A stretch of DNA of 63,288 nt, filler included, from Octopus bimaculoides (GCF_001194135.2; 4 parts of 4 records of this genome joined end to end with filler, not necessarily neighbours in it), one strand, 5' to 3'; positions 22,780-36,862 are shown, counted from the whole stretch's first letter. Numbers and translations: made by a program. The notes: generated by a model not told the origin, from the letters alone.

Positions 22780-23245
22780 ATCAGATATCGATTAGATGTA
22801 AAGAAATCACTTGTAAAGACATTAAGAGCATCTGATCAGATATCGATGTTATTACAGAAAGACATGCCGATAGCTTTGACACTAAATCTGTGAAAGCTGA
22901 ACTCCAGACATTTGGAGTTTCTATGAGACGGGTTTTTGTGACGTCATAGTGCATCGGAATGAAAAAGCAACTGATGGAAACACCTACTATCAGAGATTTA
23001 CACAATTTGCCAATTTGTACTGGCAATTCCTGCAACAGCTGCAACGCCTGAATGAGCATTTTCTATAGCTAAATGATTAAAGACATGTCTTCGGTCAAGA
23101 ATGACAAAAGAGATATTAAATTCTCTGGCTGTTCTTTCAGATCACAAAGAACGGACAGACAAATAAATTTGATTGCAGATGCCATGGAATTGCTTCTGAA
23201 ATGAGAATACGTGAAAGAATTTGACAGATTCTTTCTGGTTGGATG
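22780..23245 (+). mobile_element. hAT transposase C-terminal dimerisation-domain fragment, decayed
   Basis: Reads SEIYTICQFVLAIPATAATPE*AFSIAK*LKTCLRSRMTKEILNSLAVLSDHKERTD (22990-23165), matching the hAT pattern L.IP.T.A..ERSFS.L..LKT.LRS.M…RLN.LA.L..H. Confidence 0.85.
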
Positions 23246-23765
23246 GTAAATGGAGCTGAATAATAAAGTTTTATAATTACGACTACTATTCACTTTTAGA
23301 ATGACAGTCTATAATTGATATTTCATCATATGTGCTTTACAAATTTTAATCAATATCATTCAAACCTCCCAGAAATACTAAAGGTTAGGGTGGCAGAGAA
23401 ATCATGTATTTTTCCGTGCCTCCAGTTACAGTTAATTCATAATCTAATAATAATATACATTAAATATTAATGTTCATTTAAACACAAATTTTAAAAGCAT
23501 GTATTTTATCAAATGTTTTAAACGTCTTTATTGCGTACGGATTCTCAATTTCATTATGTCCACTACGCATCTAAAAACAGCTCCACCATGTCACTTAGCA
23601 AAGCATAGTCTTCCCCATATTTGCCAAACTAGAGATAAGGCAATCGATCACAGTATTGATTCCCTTATCACCTTACAATTATTATGAATAGTTCTGGCTG
23701 TTAGATTGGATAAGTCGTATATCGCAGGCAGAAGAGGAATTTAGCATATGACGTTGCCCTTCATA

Positions 23766-23911
<146 letters not shown>

Positions 23912-23915
<4 letters not shown>

Positions 23916-24092
23916 AATTTGGAGCATGCGAACAGTAAAGGTCGTGCCTATAATAATTGGTGCATTGGGAACAGTAAGTCAATATATAGACAAGTGGCTG
24001 TGGGAGATTGAAATAGAATGCCCGGTAGAGTTCCTACAGGGTTCTAAGCATTTGAAAAACTGTTGAAAACTTTTGGATACCTAAGGTTACAG
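23912..24092 (+). mobile_element. RLE-LINE extreme C-terminal fragment
   Basis: Reads RIWSMRTVKVVPIIIGALGTVSQYIDKWL…CPVEFLQ. Confidence 0.8.
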
Positions 24093-24203
<111 letters not shown>

Positions 24204-24213
24204 GTAATAATAA

Positions 24214-25430
24214 CGATATCTGTGTTGTCAACGAGAAGAACAGTTTGGGATGCTACAACAAAAATAGTGATGACAATTAACAAGAGATTACACCCCAAAA
24301 GCGATACTGACAGGTTGTATGCGCCCAGGAACAGGGGAGGAAGAGGCCTCATAGAATGCAAGATATGTGTTGTCAATGAGAAGAATTGTCTAGGATGGTA
24401 CATCAAACAGCAGAATGGACCCTTGCTTGCTGCTGTTAGGATTAACAATATAATACCTATCGAAAATGTAATGCACCCACAAGCATTTAAGAAACAAGAT
24501 TAAGAAGAAAGAATAAACAATTGGAAAATGAAATCACTGCATGGGCAATACCTCAGAGAAATCGAAGGAAAACACAAGACCAACATTTGGAGATGGTTAA
24601 AAAAAAGTCATTTGAAGGGATGCACTGAGGCATTGATATGCAGCGCTCAGGAACAAGCTCTGAGAACTGATTATACCAAGTTCCAAATAGATAAGAACAA
24701 TGAATCGCCCCTTTGTAGGATGTGTGACAGCAGAAGCAAAACAATCTCACATATTGTGAGTGAGTGTAGCAAAGTGGCCCAAAAACATTACAAAAGGACG
24801 CACGATAACGTGGCCAAGTTCATCTACTGGGGGCTATGGGAAAAGTACGGCCTGAGCAGAGCACAGAAATTGTACGAATATGAACAAGGAGTGACTGCGA
24901 ACAAGGAATACAAGATACTGTGGGATTTTGCAATCCAATGTAATTCACTAATCGATGCTCGGAGGCCAAATATTGTTGTGGTAAATAAAAGGGAAAACGA
25001 AACCAAGATTATAGATATTGCAATACCTGGGGATGCACGCGTAAGTGACAAAGAACTAGAAAAGATTGAAAAGTACAGACTACTAACAGACGAAGTTTCA
25101 AGAATGTGGACTATGAGGAGAGTATCTGTAATTCCAGTAGTTGTAGTAGCACTCGGAGTACTAACAACCAAGTTCGAGAAATATGTCAGAGAAACTTGAA
25201 TTGATATGAGAGCAGCTCAAGCCCCAAAACTGCTCTACTAAGGATAGCTAGGAGTTTGAAATTGGTACTTGGGTGTTGAATGTTTTCTACCATAATTAAC
25301 AACCAAATATCAAAGCTTATAATGTGTGGAAAGCGACCCTGTGAGACCTCTGGTAGCAGGCTGCTGTCCGCTCTCACAGAATCTACCAGAGCAAACAAAA
25401 CCGAGCGCTCTGAAAAATAAGACAACAAAA
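24214..25430 (+). mobile_element. R4/Dong-type LINE 3' 1.2 kb (post-RT region, CCHC knuckle, RLE), lightly mutated
   Basis: ORFs 24063-24503 and 24528-25199 are in the same frame, separated by one stop. Motifs: LHPKSDTDRLY..R..GGRGL, LHGQY, EALICSAQEQAL, CRMC…HIVSEC, RRPNIVV…IIDIAIP…EKIEKY. Confidence 0.93.
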
Positions 25431-25997
25431 ATTTCAACTCATAGATTTTGGGTGAGTTGTTGAAGTAAAGGTTTACAGAAAATAGTGAATGAATGCATGG
25501 AAAAATGAATTAATGATTGATTGAATGAATAAATATTCCCATCATGGCTGAGGATCAGGGTCTTCAAACACAACCCCTTCGTTGACTTTTACGCTCTCTT
25601 CAGGATGACTAAAGTTGATGCGCCCCAAATTCTTTTCCGACCCAATTTACTGTCTCTTCGCAGGCCCTCAAAAGACGTGAGCATTTATGCTTGAAGCTGT
25701 CCTCCCAGCTTGGCTGCCTTCTAAGGCCTGAGTGGTATGGGATCGGCAGCCCAAATATATAGCCTGTGTATCTGTCGAGAGTGGTCCCTGCTGTTGGACA
25801 CGCGAAGTCCTTTCGCTATTGCTAATTAGTCATTGAACCTTTCTTTGAATTCATACGTGTTTTTGATAAGCGCTGTTTTATCCTGATGGGTTTCTAGCAA
25901 TCCCCTGCACTAAGCAAGCCAACGACCCGACCCTGTAACGAGCTGTATCAGACCATGTGTTAGTAGTAACACTCATGACCGTCCAGATATAAAGGAT

Positions 25998-26193
25998 ATC
26001 TTTTACCTTTTGCTTGCTTCAGTCATTAGACTGCGGCCCTGCTGGAGCACCGCCATGAAGAATTTTTAGTTGAATGAATTGACCCCAGTTATTTTCTTTC
26101 AGCCTGTCACTTATTCTATCGGTCCCTTTCACCGAAGCGCTACGTTACGGAGAGATAAACACACCAACACCGGTTGTCAAGCACACACACACT

Positions 26194-26273
<80 letters not shown>

Positions 26274-26438
26274 TGACGGCTTTCTTTCAGTCTCCGTTTA
26301 TCAAATCCACTCACAAGGCTTTGGTGCCTTCTACTACAGCCCGAGGTTATAGCAAAGGATACTTTCCCAAGGTGCCACGCTGTAGGGCCGAACCCAGAAC
26401 CATGTGGCTGGTAAGCAAACTTCTTGCCACACATCCAC
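25998..26438 (-). mobile_element. SINE family A
   Basis: Same body as 7984-8381 with an expanded internal (CA)n tract. Confidence 0.9.
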
Positions 26439-26662
26439 GAGTAACAATAGACAATATAAAAACAAAAATCTCAAAAACAAAAGAAACAAAGACTGCGGAA
26501 ACTGGTGATTTATGTGTCGGTACACATTTTAGTTAAATAAGATAGTCCGGTGTTGAGAGAAGAGGCGTTTTATATTCCGGGTTACGCCCTTCGCCTGAAA
26601 CAGAATACCATGTTATTACATTTCTTTAATTGAATAGTTCTGGTGTATCGTCATCGTCGTCG

Positions 26663-26705
<43 letters not shown>

Positions 26706-27323
26706 GTTCTAACATCGGGCTACAAGAAGTAAACTTAGATGTCAAAACCCTTCCTATGTATCCTAGCGGTCCCTGATGATACTAAATTATTATCGTGAAG
26801 ATCGCCCCGCTGCCTTTTTTTTTACCCGGGTAAGACAGGCTGTTTTTATATTCCTGGTGGCCATGGCGAAAGAGGTTGTATGGAGGACGAGACTAAAGGG
26901 GCTGAAGACAAACACTTTTCTCCTTGGCCAATCCCTGATCACTTGAAGAGGAAAATAAGGGTAGAGAGGGAAGTGTTTCCCTCTAGCCAGTTTGATGGAA
27001 GATGGATGTGAGTGACGAGAATGGGCTTTCCCTGAACATGCACCTGTAACTGGAGAAAAGGAAATGAGAAAAGGCACCTGCCCCAGACGTCAGGGCACCC
27101 ATACTTTTATAGAGGCTTTCCATTAGCAGCCCTCGAACGTCTCTTCCATATTGAGGATTATACATTGTTGAATTCTTTTCCCTCTTATGTTAAACTTCTT
27201 TACACGCAAAACCTTCACAATACACATTCACGCACATTCTTTATTTTACCCGGCACCGTCCATAATATTTTTTTTAATGTAAAAACTTTGTAGTCAATAA
27301 AGAAATCATTATTATTATTATTA

Positions 27324-27367
<44 letters not shown>

Positions 27368-27561
27368 AGTATTATTATTGTTGTTGTTGTTTCAAAAAAT
27401 CTCACAGATTCAGAGGGAGAAAGTCGGAGAGTGAAGTTTGCCTGAGCACGAACAAACATACAGATACTGAGTTACACTCATTTAAATATACACATCTTGT
27501 GTGTGCGTGTGCGTGTACGTGTGCATGTACGTGTGCGTGTGCGTGTGTGTATGCGTGTGGT

Positions 27562-27598
<37 letters not shown>

Positions 27599-28879
27599 TA
27601 GTAGTAGTAGCAGCAGCAGTGGCGGTTGTTGAGGTGTTGTTGCTTGTGGTGGTGATCGTCTTCGTCGTCGTCGTCTTATATATTTTGTGATTGGGCATGA
27701 TAAATAACTCTGAGTCCAGAAACTATGTATAACTGCGGAAGTTACATAATTAAATAAAAGATGCAGAGTTACATAAATAAAAGAAGTAAAAGAAGGAATA
27801 AATAAATAAAATGAATAAAGAAATAAATATAAGTAGAGGTTAAATGAATAAAGGAATAGAGATGTCAATATTAGTTATCACACACTGACTGAGATACTAC
27901 ATGTTACAAACACTCACAAACGCTGGATGTCATAGTATTCATGTCTGGCCAAATGAGCGTATACTTCCGGTGTGATGGGATTCCATCTTTTGATTTGCAC
28001 ACAAGATGACAGACATTGCAGTACAGTGCAATAATAGATACATTATAATTGTTGCAAGGACCTTGCTAGTTGAAGCGATCTAATTTATATGACATCTAAG
28101 TTGAACTGCATCTGATCAAAAGGTGGCATGTTGAATTACAAATGTCTGTTTTGAGCGCTATAGACGCCTAGATTGAAGGTTTGGTGTTTATTTTATTTTA
28201 TTCTACTTCTGTGAACAGAATATCGATTTTCTAATGTTAAAATAGAACCGAATATAGTTTCTGTACACTTACACAGTTTGTTTGTGAAAATATTGAGTTT
28301 GCCAGGTGTTAAAAACATTATTCTATAATTCGTCAGTATAATCCAAAAGACTCGCTGCATACAGATAAAGTTTTGCTCTTGCCAATGCAGGTTACATTCA
28401 TGTGCTAAACATATTTAATGAAGTAAAGTACGGTCGACCTCCCCCAACCCACTGGTGAGGAAATATATTTTGGTAACATGCAATATTGTTCTGATAATTC
28501 TTTTATGTATCTGTGTGATAGAAACATCCTCAGCTCCCTTGCCCTTGTTCTAACATCCAGGACGTAACAACTGAAGTGAGAAAAGGATGCACCAGCGTGT
28601 TCAAACTTACAGCAGACTAAACAGGAGCGGCATGAAATGAAATATATTTTGAATAAAGGATACAATGCGCCGCCCAGTCCAAGAATTAAAAATCCTTGAC
28701 ATTAGCCTGTATCTTATGATCACAAATCAAAGTTTAGATTGCTGGAAAGAGGGAAATCAAGAAAGGGCCTAGCTTGATCGAGGTGAATCTTTGTATGAAT
28801 TGTAAAATATCATCTGTAATAGTATTTGTGAGACAGTGGCCTTAAGAACCATCGAATATTACCCGTAATGGTGTTTTCT

Positions 28880-29052
28880 GATTTATGCACAAGGCCAGCA
28901 AATTTGAAAGGAAGAAAGAAGTAAGTCGATACTATCGACCCAGTTCTCGATGAAATGTGATATTTGGTCATGGCGGAATTTGAGCTCAGAAATGTAAATA
29001 ACCAGGACAGAAATTGTAAAGCACATTTTCCAACGTTCTGCCAAGTCGCCAT
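28880..29052 (-). mobile_element. SINE family D with an internal deletion
   Basis: GCACAAGGCCAGCAAATTT…AAGTCGATACTATCGACCC…GCGGAATTTGAGCTCAGAA…TTCTGCCAAGTCGCC. Confidence 0.75.
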
Positions 29053-29863
29053 AATGATGAGAAAACTTCATTAGCTTAATTATTACATTTGGTGAAGAAA
29101 AGTAAATTACAAATAATTACGAAAGCTAATATCTTTTCTGCATCACTACAAGGTGTAATTTAAATTAATCACAGTATTTGGTGCACAGCATTAAGTACGT
29201 TAACACACATCCTACGATAAGATTTTTTCTATGCAGTTCTTTCTCCCCCATCAACTATTCTTGTAAGTTGTCACACCTGTCAATGTTCGGTCACTCAAAA
29301 TTATAATACCTCTTTGTCATTTAGAATTTGGCAAGTACTAATATAACCGAAACACGTCGAGTGTTGTTATTATACTTACTGAGGATCTCAGTCTACCATA
29401 TTTATGCTTAAAAAGGATTTTAAATTTCGAATATGTCTCTTGTCGATATTCCTCATTTTCGATTTTCTTAATTCACAATTAAAACATACTTTGTTTGTCA
29501 TTTGTGCAATTTTAATTAATTAAACAACCCCCAACTACATTAAATAAATTATACCTTACTTAAATGAATGTTGTTCATGTGAAAAGCATCGCTAAGTAAC
29601 TTTTCCTCAGTGATTTTAATGTGGTTTACAGCTCTGCGTTGTAATTATTTCTTTATAACATGTATGCACATATAACATGCATGAATGTATACGCATACAT
29701 ACATACATGCATACGTGCATACATACATACATACATATGTTCATGTATATACATGTATATATATGTATATGTATATACATATATGTATATACATATATAT
29801 GCATGTGCATATATATATATACATATATATATATACACACACATATATATATATATATATATA

Positions 29864-29963
29864 NNNNNNNNNNNNNNNNNNNNNNNNNNNNNNNNNNNNN
29901 NNNNNNNTTAATTAATTAANNNNNNNNNNNNNNNNNNNNNNNNNNNNNNNNNNNNNNNNNNNN
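29864..29963. other. Artificial scaffold spacer N44-TTAATTAATTAA-N44; also at 44697-44796 and 52426-52525
   Basis: An identical 100-bp layout occurs three times, and TTAATTAATTAA encodes stops in all six frames. Confidence 0.9.
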
Positions 29964-30214
29964 ACACACACACACAGACACACACACTCATACACACATA
30001 TTTATATTTACATATATGCACATACATATATGTACATACCGACATCTATATGTATACACACATGCATATATGGGTACAGGACATCAAAAAAACGTTAAAC
30101 ACAATGAGAAACGAAAACATAAAGACGAAGACAGAAAACGAACTTCTTTTCGAACGAAAAAAGCAGAGAAATGAGACATGGCCATATTTACACACACACA
30201 CGCGTATATATATA

Positions 30215-30280
<66 letters not shown>

Positions 30281-30589
30281 CAGCAGCGGCATATTTTTCA
30301 GAGACACCCGGCATTGCTTAGGATTAAAATGGAATAGTTTGTATATAATATATTACAGTTATGTTGAAACAGGTGATATGGGAAAGTGCAACATTGATAA
30401 CAAAACATTTGTGGAGTAAATGATGGGCTAATTCGACTAAGCAACATGCTATGCATCTGTTTGGAGTATTTCAGGCCCTAACCTGTGAGGGTTATGTGAT
30501 TTTTGAACACCCCGAGAAGCTGTCAGTGGACATACTCTCTTTTCCAGCAGTCGGCGCTGTGTCTAACACGACCCATCATCTGAAATGGT

Positions 30590-31423
30590 GACACCTCCTT
30601 CGGGTTTGTTGTCCTACATCACTCATAAAGTAAATTTGGAGGAACTGTGGTTGTTCATTTGTGGGTAACAGAGAACCAATGAGGTGATAGACTTGCCCTT
30701 GAACTTTGACGTTGTCGTAAATTCATATTTATCTATCTTCTTAGATGCACCAAACAATGTCATTTGCAGAGTGGTATTGTCTGATATTGTTCATAAAATC
30801 CTTTGACTGGATGGAAATGCCTTCTAGAAGATCTATAAGAGGTTGAGAAGGCGCTGGTAGTGCTGGCAATGTTACTAGACCGCCTGAGCAGCATATACTA
30901 TTTGTTTCATTTGAAAATTTTAAAGCTCTACAGAAAAGACAGCTTGTGTGTAGCACACCAACTTGGACAGAGTTATTATTTTTATAAGAATGGGATGGAT
31001 CATATCTGAAAACAGCTTCAGGAGTTGTAAAGAACGAATTTGTACGTAGTCTGTTTCTGAGAGCTATTCTATTGGACCTCAGTCTTCTACAATCCTTCTT
31101 GCTTTATACTTGTTTCTGGAGAGATTACGTCTTTTCTTTGGTGGCATAAAGAGGGTGAAATCAATTGGTATTGGAATATACATTACCTACTGATGTATTC
31201 AACGCAAAGGTGAGCCTGTTTCTCATATGTTCATTGCATTGTTCGTGTGTATCTTTCTAGTGAGTTTCCGGTGGCTTTGGAGCATTGGTTCTGATCTTAG
31301 CAAGTGGTATTAAATACCCTACTAAATCTAAATGTAGCTTATATTGTAACTGTAAAGGTGTGAACTTCCCAGCCACCCTATTGATATCGTTAATAACGGT
31401 AATGATACATCTTTGTTTACATT

Positions 31424-31428
<5 letters not shown>
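30590..31428 (-). mobile_element. Helitron 5' portion (N-terminus of the Rep/helicase ORF), decayed
   Basis: Reads MPPKKRRNLSR…FRYDP…CLFCRALKFSNETNSICCSGGLVTLPALP…LIDLLEG…FMNNIRQYHSA…KVQGQVYHLIGSLLP…FLQIYF. A 5' terminus TCTATAAT is plausible at 31428. Confidence 0.88.
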
Positions 31429-31457
<29 letters not shown>

Positions 31458-31470
31458 GGATAGATAGATG

Positions 31471-31560
<90 letters not shown>
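31424..31560. repeat. (GATA)n/(GACA)n microsatellite
   Basis: Direct reading. Confidence 0.95.
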
Positions 31561-32669
31561 TCTTAATCAAGAATATTATTGCAAATGAGTTCGAAGTTTC
31601 GGCTAGTTAAGCCAGCGTCGGATTGCCCGAATATGGCTTAACGGGCTGAAATTTCAAAGTCCCGCTCAATAATATTCCTATTTAAGAATAATAAATTTGT
31701 AGTCTATTGAAGTAGAGAGTAAGCAATCAGATTGATGCAAATTTGGACACAAAAGCAAATATTAACATACGTATATGCATATATGCATATATATATANNN
31801 NNNNNNNNNNNNNNNNNNNNNNNNNNNNNNNNNNNNNNNNNNNNNNNNNNNNNNNNNNNNNNNNNNNNNNNNNNNNNNNNNNNNNNNNNNNNNNNNNNNN
31901 NNNNNNNNNNNNNNNNNNNNNNNNNNNNNNNNNNNNNNNNNNNNNNNNNNNNNNNNNNNNNNNNNNNNNNNNNNNNNNNNNNNNNNNNNNNNNNNNNNNN
32001 NNNNNNNNNNNNNNNNNNNNNNNNNNNNNNNNNNNNNNNNNNNNNNNNNNNNNNNNNNNNNNNNNNNNNNNNNNNNNNNNNNNNNNNNNNNNNNNNNNNN
32101 NNNNNNNNNNNNNNNNNNNNNNNNNNNNNNNNNNNNNNNNNNNNNNNNNNNNNNNNNNNNNNNNNNNNNNNNNNNNNNNNNNNNNNNNNNNNNNNNNNNN
32201 NNNNNNNNNNNNNNNNNNNNNNNNNNNNNNNNNNNNNNNNNNNNNNNNNNNNNNNNNNNNNNNNNNNNNNNNNNNNNNNNNNNNNNNNNNNNNNNNNNNN
32301 NNNNNNNNNNNNNNNNNNNNNNNNNNNNNNNNNNNNNNNNNNNNNNNNNNNNNNNNNNNNNNNNNNNNNATATATATATATATACATATACATATATGCT
32401 TATATGTATATATATACACGCACATATTTATGATGCCGTGTACGTATGTTAATAGTCATAATGTTTGGTGGGTATATATTATTTAACGCCGGAAGTAGAT
32501 ACTTTGTTCAATGATTGTTGTATAAGGTCAAATGTTTCGTTCGTTGCCTTTCAGAACTCCTCTGCGAAAGAAGACTGAGAAATTCAAGAGTATATTTACA
32601 GTGAGTTCCATTACGGTTTCCATGATTGGAAATAAAAAGGAGAATTTAATGGCATTGTAGGGAGCAACA

Positions 32670-33630
32670 AGAGATGATGTGGTTGATGATGATGATGATG
32701 GTCATGATGATGATGATGGCTATGATGATGATGATGATGTAAATGACGTGACCGAAAATGATACCGGCAACGGCTACGATTATTTTGCTAATGATGATGA
32801 TGATGAGGGGGAGAGGAAATATAATGAAGATGAAAGAAAGAAGATAAGAAGCAAAAAGTAAAGGTAATTGAAGAACGATTGGGATGGGAGGAGGCGAAGA
32901 GGGAGTTGGGAATGGGGGAAGTGGAGGAAGGGAAGGGGGAGGAGGAGGAGGAGGAGGAGAAGAAGAAGAAGAAGAAGAAGAAGAAGAAGAAGAAGAAGAA
33001 GAAGAAGGAGGAGGNNNNNNNNNNNNNNNNNNNNNNNNNNNNNNNNNNNNNNNNNNNNNNNNNNNNNNNNNNNNNNNNNNNNNNNNNNNNNNNNNNNNNN
33101 NNNNNNNNNNNNNNNNNNNNNNNNNNNNNNNNNNNNNNNNNNNNNNNNNNNNNNNNNNNNNNNNNNNNNNNNNNNNNNNNNNNNNNNNNNNNNNNNNNNN
33201 NNNNNNNNNNNNNNNNNNNNNNNNNNNNNNNNNNNNNNNNNNNNNNNNNNNNNNNNNNNNNNNNNNNNNNNNNNNNNNNNNNNNNNNNNNNNNNNNNNNN
33301 NNNNNNNNNNNNNNNNNNNNNNNNNNNNNNNNNNNNNNNNNNNNNNNNNNNNNNNNNNNNNNNNNNNNNNNNNNNNNNNNNNNNNNNNNNNNNNNNNNNN
33401 NNNNNNNNNNNNNNNNNNNNNNNNNNNNNNNNNNNNNNNNNNNNNNNNNNNNNNNNNNNNNNNNNNNNNNNNNNNNNNNNNNNNNNNNNNNNNNNNNNNN
33501 NNNNNNNNNNNNNNNNNNNNNNNNNNNNNNNNNNNNNNNNNNNNNNNNNNNNNNNNNNNNNNNNNNNNNNNNNNNNNNNNNNNNNNNAGAAGAAGAAGAA
33601 GAAGAAGAAGAAGAAGAAGAAGAAGAAGAC
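32670..33630. repeat. (GAT)n, (GGA)n and (GAA)n simple repeats around a gap
   Basis: Direct reading. Confidence 0.9.
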
Positions 33631-33949
33631 AACAAAGGGAAGGAATTTCATTGTGAATAAAGATGAGAAATAGCCAAATATGAAATCATGTTTTGCGGAT
33701 GTATATATGCGTCAGTGTGAATCACTTTGCCCATTGTACGCATGGGTGCCTACATATATGCGCAGCAATATATGAGCGTCAGTGTCTGTATATGAATGTA
33801 TTGCTCTGTGTAGAGGTGCGCGTTTTTATATGTGTTAATGTGAGGATGTGTGTGTTTGTGTGTGTTTTACAAGTGTAGGGTTTTAGCAGCAAACGATAAA
33901 TTAACAATTTAATGAATAAAGTCTCTCACTTTCTCCCTCTTCCTCACCC

Positions 33950-34287
33950 TGCTACCTCCCACCTTACCCTTCTCGTTCACTACAAATTACCTTTGACCCT
34001 CCAGTACATATAAGTGTGTCCATGTGTCTTCGTATGTGTATATAAGAATGTTCAGATATATGTACACACGCACACACATACGTACATACATACATACATA
34101 TATTTGTAAGTATATATCGATAAATATCTCTCTATCGATGAGTGTATGTCGGTTTATGTGAAAATATACGTATACATCTGAATACGTATATATTAATGGA
34201 TATGTGTATGTGTATAAATATATATTTATATATGCGGACTCACATAGGTGTATGTATATATGTGTGTATTTGTGTGTGTACGCGTAC

Positions 34288-34323
<36 letters not shown>

Positions 34324-35092
34324 NNNNNNNNNNNNNNNNNNNNNNNNNNNNNNNNNNNNNNNNNNNNNNNNNNNNNNNNNNNNNNNNNNNNNNNNNNNNN
34401 NNNNNNNNNNNNNNNNNNNNNNNNNNNNNNNNNNNNNNNNNNNNNNNNNNNNNNNNNNNNNNNNNNNNNNNNNNNNNNNNNNNNNNNNNNNNNNNNNNNN
34501 NNNNNNNNNNNNNNNNNNNNNNNNNNNNNNNNNNNNNNNNNNNNNNNNNNNNNNNNNNNNNNNNNNNNNNNNNNNNNNNNNNNNNNNNNNNNNNNNNNNN
34601 NNNNNNNNNNNNNNNNNNNNNNNNNNNNNNNNNNNNNNNNNNNNNNNNNNNNNNNNNNNNNNNNNNNNNNNNNNNNNNNNNNNNNNNNNNNNNNNNNNNN
34701 NNNNNNNNNNNNNNNNNNNNNNNNNNNNNNNNNNNNNNNNNNNNNNNNNNNNNNNNNATATATACATATATACATACATATATATATATATATATACATA
34801 TATATACATACACACACATATATATGTGTATGTATGTGTACTCGCCTGTGTACGTGGATCAGATTCTTTATAGACACACAAAGACTTACGTAAGTAGACA
34901 TATATGTAATTATATATGCATAATTATATTTATGTATAAATTTGTGTGAATATATAGAAGTATATGTGCATATGTACATGTGTGTCTATATATATATATA
35001 TATAGATAGATGTAGGTATATATGAATATATATATGTGTGTGTACATATGTATGTGTATGCGGTGTGTATAAGTGTATACATGTATGCATGC

Positions 35093-35189
<97 letters not shown>

Positions 35190-36810
35190 CGCACACTCTT
35201 CCTCCCTCTCTTTCTCTCTCTCTATATATATGAGTGTGTGTGTGTGTATATGTGTGTGTGTGCATATGTACATACATACAAACGTCCTATTATAACTCGT
35301 GTCAAGTGCTTTGTATGACACTCAACGCCCTCATGGACCACAGAAACACACACACATATATGCACACACACATACACATGCACATACACGCACACGCACG
35401 CACACGCACGCACACGCACGCACACGCACGCACACNNNNNNNNNNCACACGCACGCACACGCACGCACACGCACGCACACGCACGCACACGCACGGAGTG
35501 TAGCTGGAAGTGATGTGAATCTGTTTCTTTGTTCAGTCAGCGTCTTTGAATTGTCTTAGAGATTGGTTTGGAATTGAATTGTGCCGGCTGCACGGCTGCA
35601 GGTTTGGCGGTGGGATGTGTGAGTGTGTATATATGTATGTACGTATGTATGCAAGTATGTATGTATGTGTGTGTGCGTTTGTGTATATGAGTGTGTGTTT
35701 GCGAAAAGCCCTGCTTGTGCTTTATATGTCTGTAAGGCTGTTTGAACGTATACGCGTGCCTAAAGTTTTGTATGTAACGTTCTGTGAGTGTATGTGTGAA
35801 AATATATATGTAAGGATGGTTCTATAAATGAGTTAATATTCGTGCGTGTGTGTGCGCGTGTGTGTGTGCATGTGTGCGTGCGTGCGTGCGTGTTTTGGAA
35901 AGAGAGAGGGAGGGATCTTTGTGTGAGTATAAGTGTATGTAAGGCTGTGTGAAAGGTATTGTGTGTATGTAAAACTATGTGTTAGCATGGTTCTGTACAG
36001 GAGTGTGCGTGTGTGTGAGTATTTACATATATGTGTTGTATGTGTGTGCATGTGTGCTTGTGTGTCGCTATATGTGTGTGCAGTTGTGGGTGTGTGGCGT
36101 TGCGTGTTTGTGTGCGTGTATTACAATGTATATGTAAGGGTGGGTTTATATATGTGGCATGTAAATGTGTGTGTATATCTGCGTTTGTTTATGCATATGC
36201 GTATACGCATACACACGCACACACGCATTTCCTCTGTATGTCTATATATATATATATATATATTTGTACCTCAGTGTGTATAATGTGGCAAGTGTATATA
36301 ATTTTTGTGTGTATGGGCGTGTGTGGGAGGGTTATAATCGTGTGTGTGTGTCTGTGTATGTATATGCTCGTATATGTATGTGTATGCCGTGGATCGGCAT
36401 ATGCGAGTGTGTGTGTGTGTGTGTATGGTCGTGTGTGTATGAACATGGGTGTGTGTGTATATGGCCGTTTGTTTATATAGTCGTGGGAGGCGTGTGTGTA
36501 GGCGTTTGTGTATATGGCCGTGGGTATGTGTCAGTAAGCCCGTGAGTACGTGTGTGTATGTGTATCGTGGTGTATGTATGGTTGTGGGTGTGTGTATATT
36601 TATAGCCGAGTATGTATATTGCTGCCCGTGTGTATAGCTGTGGGTGTGTGTTTATATGTTCATGGCCGTATGCGTGCATGACTGTGTGTGTATGGCCGTA
36701 GGAGTGCGTGTATATATGCCCATACGTGTGTGTATTCCTGTAGATGTATGGTCATGTGTATATGTATGTGTGTGTTTGTATGTATATGGCTGTGAGTGTG
36801 TTTAAGAGTG

Positions 36811-36862
<52 letters not shown>

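Noticed and set aside
28405-28665. 86-aa ORF / weak Tc1-like FPHQWVG similarity
   Set aside because: No DDE or WPPRSPDL motifs, no convincing splice pair and stops in the alternative frame.
29290-29365. CACTC…GAAACACGTC-GAGTG hammerhead-like ends
   Set aside because: The CUGANGA core is absent, so this cannot be called a ribozyme.
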